A DNA stretch of 64,000 nt from Candidatus Nomurabacteria bacterium (GTDB lineage Bacteria > Patescibacteriota > Minisyncoccia > Phycocordibacterales > UBA9973). Under the pieces are notes generated by a model that saw only the letters and a list, made by a program, of their open reading frames with translations, made no database searches and was not told where the DNA came from. A program made the translations under genes and the position numbers. Every line of letters begins with the position of its first letter. The stretch's first letter is position 1. This document shows, piece after piece, positions 27,758 to 35,495 of the stretch. The stretch spans positions 9,760 through 73,759 of the forward strand of contig CALQZW010000001.1 in NCBI GenBank assembly GCA_943350045.1, given 5' to 3'.

Positions 27758-28333
27758 TTACTTTGTAGGACGGTATATTGAATATACTAATGTACCGTAT
27801 TTTCCGTGTTTCTCGCACGGCTTGATTCTTAAATACCGAGAGGAGAGTGAAATTTCAAAGTCATACGAACCCTTTTCCTTGGTAGGTATGCACGTATGGT
27901 GTTGCTCTTCTCCGATATATTTTGTTGAACCCTGCCAGATAACTAAATGAGGTAGGTCAATCGTCGAGAGATGAATTGAGTCATCTTTTGCTATAGTGAA
28001 GTGTAGAACCTCTCCCTTTTTTAGGGGTGTTTCTATCTTCGAGACCAACTTGTATTTAGGCTGCAAGTTCTGACCCCTAAAGAATAGTAAGTAGACGGTA
28101 ACCAAAAATACAATCATTCCGATAAATTTTAGAACCCCCACTGGAATCGATTTTAATGACTCCAGAATGCTTGTGTCTGGTTCGCTTGGACCCTCTGGCT
28201 TGCCCTGGCTTTTCTTGAATGTATCTTCGGGTATTTGCTTTATTATGTACCTAACTATGTACACAATAATAATACAAGATACAATCGCAATTACTGCATA
28301 GAACCCAATTTGGTAATTATTTAGCTGGCTCAT
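27758..28333 (-). CDS. membrane protein, possibly NfeD-like partner of the SPFH protein
   Basis: It has two TM helices plus a C-terminal beta-rich domain. Its start overlaps the stop of the upstream SPFH-like gene. Confidence 0.35.
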   Translation of the reverse strand: MSQLNNYQIGFYAVIAIVSCIIIVYIVRYIIKQIPEDTFKKSQGKPEGPSEPDTSILESLKSIPVGVLKFIGMIVFLVTVYLLFFRGQNLQPKYKLVSKIETPLKKGEVLHFTIAKDDSIHLSTIDLPHLVIWQGSTKYIGEEQHHTCIPTKEKGSYDFEISLSSRYLRIKPCEKHGKYGTLVYSIYRPTK

Positions 28334-29657
28334 CCTTCTTATTTTCGGGGTTAACTGAATACGTAGGTATTACTGGAGGAGTAGGTCCTGTGTTTCCAAA
28401 AATTAATGTATGAACTTTTCCGAGTTCTTCATATATTTTTGCAAGAGTAGGATCTGGAGGAGTTCCATTTACCAAATTGAGGTAGGCTCTTTTTGCTTCA
28501 CCAAGCTTTGCGAGATAACTGGCTTCTTCTGCGCCTCGTGCTTGGCCTTGTTTTGTTCTTACTGCGATCTCAACTTCAGCTCTCGCGATTGCCTGCTTCG
28601 CAGTAAACATCATGGATGTTACTTCGTCGCCAGGTATGATGTCTTTCCATTCCAGCTTTCTAAATGAAATACCGTATTGGATTTCCGAACCTTCGGTTAG
28701 CGTGTTTGCTCTGTCGTCATATAGCCCATATGAGGCAATGCGAAGCTTTTTTCTAAACTCTGAGAAAGCAGCATTATGTTCAGTGCTTTGTATGAAATCG
28801 AGCGAGACACTCGCTACGAATTCACGTACAGCTGCCTGAACCGGTGTCACGGCTCGGAGCTTTAGGTTTGGTCCTATTTGCAGGAGTTGTGCAGTATTGA
28901 CTATGTCAATTTTGCCGTACACGAAGGCGGTAAGATTAAACATCTGACCTTTTCGAGGGGCTCCCTTTTTAGGTAATGCTGGTGCAGTAGTGTCACTTGT
29001 TTCGTCCGATGGACCTGTATCCAAACTCGGACAAGCAATCTCTCCAAAAATTTCAAACGGAAGGTACGGAGACGTCGTTGTCTTTGTAATTATACATTCT
29101 TTTCCATCGTAGCTTGTCCACTTGATTTTGAATCCAGGATGACCGTTGTGGTCTTTCTCGTCTCCTGTTATGAGGGCTCGAACCTCGTCGGCTTGGACGT
29201 GTTTCGTTTCTGATGCGTAGGTCCACTCTATAAGGCCAGTAAATGGGTAGAATCCAGTAGATACGCAACCGAAGTTTTTTTCTAGGAATTTTTCTTCTTT
29301 TACATAAATCCCCCAGTCTCTTTTAGGTATTTCGTTTCTATCAAGAAACTCATATCCGCGGTTTGCCCAGCCGTATATTGGCTGACCAGTACTGTCTACA
29401 CCTAGAAGTGTTTTTCTTATTCGATACCAACGGGGGTATCGAGGGTCATAATTTATACTCTGAGGATCATTGATGAAATACTCCTCACTGAATGGGGCAA
29501 CAACTCGATGGATTGTACCTCCAATTTTACGTATTGTGAGGGTGTGACCATCACGAAGTTTTTTTATACCCATAAGGTAAGACCATATTGATAATGGTAT
29601 ACATAGGAGAATAATTGCAAAGAATGCTCCTGAAATAATTTCAATTGTCGCTGACAT
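28317..29657 (-). CDS. SPFH/band-7 (stomatin/flotillin-like) domain membrane protein
   Basis: There is an N-terminal TM helix. The C-terminal Ala/Glu-rich segment TAKQAIARAEVEIAVRTKQGQARGAEEASYLAKLGEAKRAY is typical of the coiled-coil tail of SPFH proteins. Confidence 0.45.
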   Translation of the reverse strand: MSATIEIISGAFFAIILLCIPLSIWSYLMGIKKLRDGHTLTIRKIGGTIHRVVAPFSEEYFINDPQSINYDPRYPRWYRIRKTLLGVDSTGQPIYGWANRGYEFLDRNEIPKRDWGIYVKEEKFLEKNFGCVSTGFYPFTGLIEWTYASETKHVQADEVRALITGDEKDHNGHPGFKIKWTSYDGKECIITKTTTSPYLPFEIFGEIACPSLDTGPSDETSDTTAPALPKKGAPRKGQMFNLTAFVYGKIDIVNTAQLLQIGPNLKLRAVTPVQAAVREFVASVSLDFIQSTEHNAAFSEFRKKLRIASYGLYDDRANTLTEGSEIQYGISFRKLEWKDIIPGDEVTSMMFTAKQAIARAEVEIAVRTKQGQARGAEEASYLAKLGEAKRAYLNLVNGTPPDPTLAKIYEELGKVHTLIFGNTGPTPPVIPTYSVNPENKKDEPAK

Positions 29658-29741
29658 GCTTTTAAGTTTTTAAAGTGAAAGATTAATTTTCACCATTGTA
29701 ACCTAGTTTTGACAAATAGTCAATTATATTGTGCCGGGAAG

Positions 29742-29823
29742 AGGACTTGAACCTCCATGGGTCACCCCGTCTGCTCCTAAGGCAGGTGCGTCTACCAATT
29801 TCGCCATCCCGGCATATTCTTTT
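29742..29823 (-). tRNA. tRNA-Leu (anticodon UAG)
   Basis: This is a type II tRNA with a long variable arm and anticodon loop cuUAGga. Confidence 0.8.
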
Positions 29824-29845
29824 TGCTTAGTACCTTGCGTACTTG

Positions 29846-29918
29846 TCCGCCCAGTTGGATTCGAACCAACGACCAATCGCTTAAGAGGCGAGTGCTCTAC
29901 CAACTGAGCTATGGGCGG
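29846..29918 (-). tRNA. tRNA-Lys (anticodon CUU)
   Basis: The reverse complement GCCCATAGCTCAGTTGGTAGAGCACTCGCCTCTTAAGCGATTGGTCGTTGGTTCGAATCCAACTGGGCGGA has anticodon loop cuCUUaa. Confidence 0.8.
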
Positions 29919-29942
29919 AAATGTTGGTGAAAAACAGATACA

Positions 29943-29970
29943 GTATACCTTTTTTTAGAAAAAGTTCAAG
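29943..29970 (-). promoter_or_regulatory. sigma70-like promoter for the tRNA-Lys/tRNA-Leu transcript
   Basis: The minus strand reads TTGAAC-16 nt-TATACT, about 25 nt upstream of the mature tRNA-Lys 5' end. Confidence 0.5.
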
Positions 29971-30286
29971 TATATTTGGGTAGGAAGTCTCTTTCGAAAA
30001 TCGAAACCCCGCGTTAAGCGGGGTTTCTCGGAGCCTTACGGCACTTTGTATTTTTAGTATAGCAAAGTAGTTTCTTTTGTAAAAGTGATAGATCTTATTA
30101 AACTTTAAAATAGAACAACTCCTTTTAAGGGAGTTGCCGGCTCTTGCGAGCAAGAGAGGTAACCTCTCAATTCTTAGATAATAATCTCGATTGGAGTTAT
30201 ATGCAAGATTACAGAATGATAATCTAGAATACAAAAGAACACTTCATATTGAAGTGTTCTTGATGTTGTTAGTGTGCCTATAGCAT

Positions 30287-30739
30287 TTATGCTTTAGCAG
30301 AATCGGCGTCAGAGATAGCACTTGCAATAGAAAACTCAGTTATGACGTTCACGATTGCTGTAGTTTCTGCATCGTCTGCTCCGGCATTTTTGAAACGTCC
30401 GACAATGTTGGCGAGAGTTACTGCTGTGTCGTATCTCATTCTGTCGGCGAATATTTTTGTGTAGATTTGCCCGATGCGTTCATCGTCTTGGCTCTCTGTG
30501 ACAGCAGAAGATGCACACTCCGTGTCGTTAGACGTTTGCATGCAGTATTGAACTGCGCTTCCGATGATCTCCTTCATGATTGAAGAAGCCTCTTCTTTTG
30601 TAGCTCCACCCTCAAGTAGGTCCGAGATAGATCTGTTGAGAGTCGTTTCTCTTGGATCCTTTTTTGCGAATTTCAGGATTGCTGAATGGCGCATTAGTTG
30701 ACCAATACGGCTCAGTGAAACTGTTGTCTTGTTCGACAT
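30287..30739 (-). CDS. hypothetical protein (150 aa)
   Basis: The ORF-track frame 30287..31000 was trimmed to the ATG at 30739 (MSNKTTVSLSRIG...), because the upstream extension overlaps tRNA-Leu and tRNA-Cys. A downstream terminator hairpin lies at 30236-30260. Confidence 0.5.
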   Translation of the reverse strand: MSNKTTVSLSRIGQLMRHSAILKFAKKDPRETTLNRSISDLLEGGATKEEASSIMKEIIGSAVQYCMQTSNDTECASSAVTESQDDERIGQIYTKIFADRMRYDTAVTLANIVGRFKNAGADDAETTAIVNVITEFSIASAISDADSAKA

Positions 30740-30819
30740 AGTATTATTTTTTAAGGTTACAAAATATAACTTAAAAATATTATATACCATATACATGATA
30801 TTGTCAAGTATTGAGAATG

Positions 30820-30903
30820 TGCCCGAGGCGGGAATCGAACCCGCACGGCCTTGCGGCCAAGAAATTTTAAGTCTCTCGTGGCTACCGATTACACCACTCG
30901 GGC
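30820..30903 (-). tRNA. tRNA-Leu (anticodon UAA)
   Basis: This is a type II tRNA with anticodon loop cuUAAaa and variable arm GGCCGCAAGGCCG. Confidence 0.8.
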
Positions 30904-30917
30904 AAATGCGCACAGGG

Positions 30918-30989
30918 AGGCCTGGGCGGGAATCGAACCCGCGTATAAGGGATTTGCAGTCCCTTGTCTTACCACTTGACGACCAGGCC
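30918..30989 (-). tRNA. tRNA-Cys (anticodon GCA)
   Basis: The reverse complement GGCCTGGTCGTCAAGTGGTAAGACAAGGGACTGCAAATCCCTTATACGCGGGTTCGATTCCCGCCCAGGCCT folds as a cloverleaf. Confidence 0.85.
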
Positions 30990-31013
30990 TTGTAATTCAA
31001 CTATACCCGCGAC

Positions 31014-31343
31014 TTATTCTTTAAGCAAGCGGTTGATTTCGTCGCGAGTGCGCTCTCCATGGTCTGGGACGACACGGAAAGAGGGGATCGCACGGGAGCG
31101 AATCTTTGTTTTTAGATACCTACGAAGCTCGCCAAGATTGCGAGATACGAAATCAAGAGCGGCAGTTTCTTTGTCTGTAGGGAATACTGACACGAAGAGC
31201 GTTGCTCCGTTTCCACGCTTTGTAAGTACTGTGCGCGTAACGGTGATAAGGGCAGTCTTGTTACTCTCACGCTCTAAAAACGCAGCCGCTTCTTTTGTGA
31301 TAGCTGCTTCGAGTTTTTCATTGTGGTTGCGTAGTTCAGACAT
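31014..31343 (-). CDS. rbfA: ribosome-binding factor A
   Basis: The size, the location immediately downstream of infB, and the block ITVTRTVLTKRGNGATLFVSV fit RbfA. Confidence 0.8.
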   Translation of the reverse strand: MSELRNHNEKLEAAITKEAAAFLERESNKTALITVTRTVLTKRGNGATLFVSVFPTDKETAALDFVSRNLGELRRYLKTKIRSRAIPSFRVVPDHGERTRDEINRLLKE

Positions 31344-31349
31344 GCGTAC

Positions 31350-32870
31350 TTATTCAATAATTTTAGTAATAGCTTCAATGACATCTCCTGGAACAATTTC
31401 GATACGAGCTTCGATGAGTGCTCCACAGTGAAGACCTTCGGCAACGAGCTTTGTCTTACTCTTGTTTTGTTCAAGTCCAACGATTGTTCCTTTTCCGATT
31501 TCAGCTTCGCGACGGAGAATGCGTACGGTGTTTCCGACTGCAATCTCTCCACTTGCTACGAGTCCTCCTGCGACCTGACGGTCCTTTGTACGGTTGAAGA
31601 TTCGCTGTACTTTGAGTGTTCCTCCAACAACTGTTGTTTCAATGCGAGGACGGCGTGCTTCTACGATTTCTTTGAGGTGATCTGAGAGCTTGTAGATGAT
31701 GGTAAAGATTTCAACTGAGACAGGAGTCGCACTCTGGTCGAGGATCTCTTTTGCTCGGGGGTCTACTTTTGTATTAAAGCCGATGATGATTGTTTCTGGG
31801 TCGATTCCTGCGGTACGTACGTCTGCTTCTCCGATGACTCCTACGCCACAACTAAGTACTTTCCATGTTGTGTTTGGAAGTTCGAGTTTGCGGATTTCTG
31901 TGAGCACTGCGTCAGCTGTACCTGCAGTGTCTGTACGAATGATGATTGGAATACGTTTCTGAGCTGTCTGAGTATGATCGAAAACGAAAGGAGCTGGTGC
32001 TGAAAAGGCGAGAGCGTGCTCACTGGCATACTTCTCGGCCTCTTTCTTTGTCTCAAAACTCTGCCATACTCCACCAACTTCTGGCATCTCACTCCATCCG
32101 ACGATTCCAACTGGGTCAGAGAGTGATACAGTCTTTATTGGGCGAAGGAGAAAGTCTTGCATCATGCGTGTTGAAGCAAGGGCGCTAGCGCTTGCGAGGT
32201 GCATACCTGAGGTAAGTGTTCCGTTGCGAACGATGAGTGTTGCCGTCATTCCACGACGAGCGTCGAGGTGAGATTCAATGACAATACCTTCTGCTGGAGC
32301 TGAAGGGTCTCCGGTAAACTCAGAGATGTCGGCGAGGATTGAGATGAGTTCAAGGAGGTGGTCTACTCCTGTTCCGACTTTAGCTGAGATTTCTGCAAAA
32401 GAAATATCTCCACCATATCCTTCAAGGTAAATACCTTTCTCGGCAAGGTCAAGTTTTACTTTCTCTGGGTTTGCGTTTGGCTTGTCTATTTTGTTAATTG
32501 CAACGATGAAGGGAAGATTCCATTCTGTGATTGTTTTCCAAGCTTCAAGAGTTTGTGCTTTTACCGAGTCCTCTGCGGAAACAACAAGGATTGCAATATC
32601 GGCGGCCTGAGCTCCACGGTTACGCATTCCAGAGAATGCTTCGTGTCCTGGAGTATCGAGGAAGGTGATGGTACGATCTGCTCCTGTTTGGTCTTTGTGA
32701 GATACAACGTATGCAGACAGGTGCTGAGTAATTCCTCCAGCTTCGCCTCCAGCTACGTTTGATTTGCGGATATAGTCGAGGAGGGTAGATTTACCGTGGT
32801 CGATATGACCCATAACCACCACAACGGGCGGGCGAGAAGTGAGAGTTGTTGTGGTTGTTTTTTTAGTCAT
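31350..32870 (-). CDS. infB: translation initiation factor IF-2 (short form lacking the N-terminal domains)
   Basis: The G-domain motifs VVVVMGHIDHGKSTLLD and DTPGHEAF are present, and the C-terminal beta-barrel domains extend to ...GDVIEA. Confidence 0.9.
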   Translation of the reverse strand: MTKKTTTTTLTSRPPVVVVMGHIDHGKSTLLDYIRKSNVAGGEAGGITQHLSAYVVSHKDQTGADRTITFLDTPGHEAFSGMRNRGAQAADIAILVVSAEDSVKAQTLEAWKTITEWNLPFIVAINKIDKPNANPEKVKLDLAEKGIYLEGYGGDISFAEISAKVGTGVDHLLELISILADISEFTGDPSAPAEGIVIESHLDARRGMTATLIVRNGTLTSGMHLASASALASTRMMQDFLLRPIKTVSLSDPVGIVGWSEMPEVGGVWQSFETKKEAEKYASEHALAFSAPAPFVFDHTQTAQKRIPIIIRTDTAGTADAVLTEIRKLELPNTTWKVLSCGVGVIGEADVRTAGIDPETIIIGFNTKVDPRAKEILDQSATPVSVEIFTIIYKLSDHLKEIVEARRPRIETTVVGGTLKVQRIFNRTKDRQVAGGLVASGEIAVGNTVRILRREAEIGKGTIVGLEQNKSKTKLVAEGLHCGALIEARIEIVPGDVIEAITKIIE

Positions 32871-32888
32871 AGCGTATATAGCTGGGCA

Positions 32889-33377
32889 TTAGCGCACAGC
32901 TTCTTTTTGAGCTTCTGTGATAACAGTGGCTTCTTCTTTAGTAAGTTCTACGTCCGATGCTCCTCGTGTGACTGGTTTTGCAAATACGCTCATACGTTCA
33001 CGAGAGTAGAGACTTGAGAATACAACTCCGTCTCCTTCTTCGTTTACGATTGCGACAGCAAAACTCTGAGTTCCTCCAACATCAGCAAATGGATTAAATC
33101 GCATGATTTTAACTCCATGACCCTGACGTTTGATTTTCTCTGTAATCACAGCAATTTTTTCAGAATGTTCATTACTGAGATTGTTGAGAGAACCAATATG
33201 GCGAACAATGTCCTGAAGTAACCCTTCGAGTGAAGACGCCTTTGACCCTTTAAAAAGGTGATTGAGGCGAATATGGTTACGGACGGCAAAAATGAGGGCG
33301 ACTAGCGCCAATACAAAAAGAACTGCAAGTAGCAGAGAGTTTGTGCTCATACCTTGTAAAGTATATACTAAAATCAC
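32889..33377 (-). CDS. DUF4446-family membrane protein
   Basis: An N-terminal TM helix is followed by the blocks MRFNPFADVGGTQSFAVAI and GDGVVFSSLYSRERMSVFAKPV. Confidence 0.5.
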   Translation of the reverse strand: MILVYTLQGMSTNSLLLAVLFVLALVALIFAVRNHIRLNHLFKGSKASSLEGLLQDIVRHIGSLNNLSNEHSEKIAVITEKIKRQGHGVKIMRFNPFADVGGTQSFAVAIVNEEGDGVVFSSLYSRERMSVFAKPVTRGASDVELTKEEATVITEAQKEAVR

Positions 33378-33382
33378 GAATT

Positions 33383-34618
33383 ATGCACTATAGAAGCCTT
33401 TTTGGACAAAAACAGCGCCTGTATCTCGACCATGCAGCCGCTTCACCACTGCGAAGCTCCGTTGCTCGTGTTATTCGTCGTGCCGAGTTGGCGTATCCAG
33501 GAAATCCGAGTTCTCTCCATCACGAGGGGGTTATTGCTGGTAAAGAACTTGCCTCCGCTCGTGCTTCTGTTGCGAAAATGTTTGAGGTGCAGGCGAGCGA
33601 GGTGATATTTACGAGCGGAGGCACTGAATCGGACTCGCTCGCCATTTTAGGAACTGTTCGTAGGAATATAGCTACGCTACAAGCTGAAGGAAAGAAACCT
33701 CACTCCATTACAACTACTATCGAGCATCCCGCAGTTTTGGAGGCGTTTGCAGTACTTGAGCGTGAAGGTGTCACTGTTACGTACCTCGGAGTTGATACAC
33801 AGGGACGTATTAACCAGAAAGAACTTCGCGAATCTCTAAAAGAAGAAACTGTCTTAGTTTCCATCGGATATGTAAATAGTGAAATTGGAACCGTGCAAGA
33901 CATTCGAGAGTGCGCAAAAACTATTCGTCATTTCCGTAAACAACTCGGCCGAAGTATTCTTGGAGTTCAGTTTCCTATTTTTCATACTGACGCGGCTCAG
34001 GCTACTCGACTTTTGTCTGTACGTGTTCCCGAACTCGGAGTAGATATGCTCTCATGTAATGGTTCAAAAATTGGTGGACCACGTGGAGTAGGTATGTTGT
34101 ATGTAAAAAAGGGAATACAGATTTCTCCGCTCCTTGTCGGTGGTGGGCAAGAGCACTCACTCCGCTCCGGTACTGAAAATCTTCCTGCGATTATGGGCTT
34201 TGAAACCGCACTCCGTGAAGTGCGAGCTGAAAAAGAATCCGAATACGCTTCAATGCTCTCGCTTCGTGCTCTTGCACTTGCTCTACTACAAGAGCAGATT
34301 CCTGAGGCTCGTATCAATGGTTCGGCTCATCACTTTTTACCAAGCACACTTAGTATTTCACTCCCCAAGTTTGCTAGTGAACTTCTTGTCATTGAGCTCG
34401 ATGCTCGCGGGATTGCAGTTTCTGCGGGGAGTGCGTGTAGTGGAGTCAAAGAAAATGGATCTCATGTTCTCTCCGCTCTTTATGGAAAAGACGACAAGGA
34501 TTCATGGGGTACTATCCGAGTTTCTTTTGGAAAAAATACGACACCTCGCGATGTGCGTTATTTTGTTCGGGCGCTCAAGGATGTGATGGAAAAGTATTCA
34601 GGATTTCTGTATACTTAA
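33383..34618 (+). CDS. cysteine desulfurase (class V aminotransferase, IscS/NifS family)
   Basis: The start was trimmed to MHYRSLF (ATG at 33383). The blocks YLDHAAASP, SEIGTVQDI and the Lys motif SGSKIGGPRGVGMLYVKKG are present. Confidence 0.85.
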   Translation: MHYRSLFGQKQRLYLDHAAASPLRSSVARVIRRAELAYPGNPSSLHHEGVIAGKELASARASVAKMFEVQASEVIFTSGGTESDSLAILGTVRRNIATLQAEGKKPHSITTTIEHPAVLEAFAVLEREGVTVTYLGVDTQGRINQKELRESLKEETVLVSIGYVNSEIGTVQDIRECAKTIRHFRKQLGRSILGVQFPIFHTDAAQATRLLSVRVPELGVDMLSCNGSKIGGPRGVGMLYVKKGIQISPLLVGGGQEHSLRSGTENLPAIMGFETALREVRAEKESEYASMLSLRALALALLQEQIPEARINGSAHHFLPSTLSISLPKFASELLVIELDARGIAVSAGSACSGVKENGSHVLSALYGKDDKDSWGTIRVSFGKNTTPRDVRYFVRALKDVMEKYSGFLYT

Positions 34619-34621
34619 TCT

Positions 34622-35434
34622 ATGGAGAAAGATAATCGACCAGTGCACATAGAAGATCTTAATAAAACCCAGCTCATCCTGCTTGTTATTCTCCTGTCAT
34701 TCGTGACCAGTATTGCAACCGGAGTTATTGCCGCAACACTCGTTGAGCAAGCTTCTCCGCAGACTACTCAGACTATAAACCGCGTCGTGCAGAGAACTAT
34801 TGAAAAAGTCACTACGGAATCTCCTGGCGAGACTATAGTACAGACAGTGATTGTAAAAGAAGGTGACTTAGTGGTCGACGCAGTCGATAAAACTCGTCAG
34901 GCATTTTTCCCACTCCGCACATCAGGAGGTACAGAAATTCTCGGGCAAGCGTACTCGATCGGTAATGGATATTTTTCAGTCGCTTCCTCTCTTGTCTCTG
35001 ATGGAAAACTCTATACAATCACAAGCGGAAAAACGGTGTACTCAATGAAAACCATTTCCGTGACGCCATATGGAATTACAATATTGGGAGTATCGAGTCC
35101 TGATGCATCAGTAAAAAGCTTGCCCGTTGTCCCAAACGCCAAAGATGTTGATGTAAAAGCTGGAAAGACTATTGTTGCAGTTTCAAGTACTCTTGTGTCA
35201 AAAGACATGGTACAGTCACTCCGTACAAACTCTGAAAAGGGTGAAGGTGACGTTGTAACGGCTTCATGGAATGCCATAGTAACATCCTCAACGCTTCCAT
35301 CCGGACTCGTAGGGGCAGTTGTGGTAGACCTTGATGCTAATGTTGTTGGTTTTGTGGGGCGACGTGAATCGGGTGTAGAGATTATAAGCGCAGAAAGCCT
35401 TCTTTCTCTTGTTTCTCGAGCAACCACAAACTAG
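34622..35434 (+). CDS. membrane-anchored extracytoplasmic protein with a weak trypsin-like (S1C) fold signature; possibly non-catalytic
   Basis: There is an N-terminal TM anchor. The C-terminal SGLVGAVVVDLDANVVGFV resembles GNSGGPLVNLNGEVIGI, but no His was seen in the extracytoplasmic part. Confidence 0.35.
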   Translation: MEKDNRPVHIEDLNKTQLILLVILLSFVTSIATGVIAATLVEQASPQTTQTINRVVQRTIEKVTTESPGETIVQTVIVKEGDLVVDAVDKTRQAFFPLRTSGGTEILGQAYSIGNGYFSVASSLVSDGKLYTITSGKTVYSMKTISVTPYGITILGVSSPDASVKSLPVVPNAKDVDVKAGKTIVAVSSTLVSKDMVQSLRTNSEKGEGDVVTASWNAIVTSSTLPSGLVGAVVVDLDANVVGFVGRRESGVEIISAESLLSLVSRATTN

Positions 35435-35495
35435 CAGTGTCCGCCGAAGTTCTTTCTTTTGACATATCTATAAATACGTTGTAATATATACACAT

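Noticed and set aside
30740-31000. Upstream extension of ORF 30287..31000 and the overlapping plus-strand ORFs 30729..30995 and 30964..31431
   Set aside because: These frames run through tRNA-Leu(UAA) and tRNA-Cys(GCA). Only the part downstream of the ATG at 30739 is a credible CDS.
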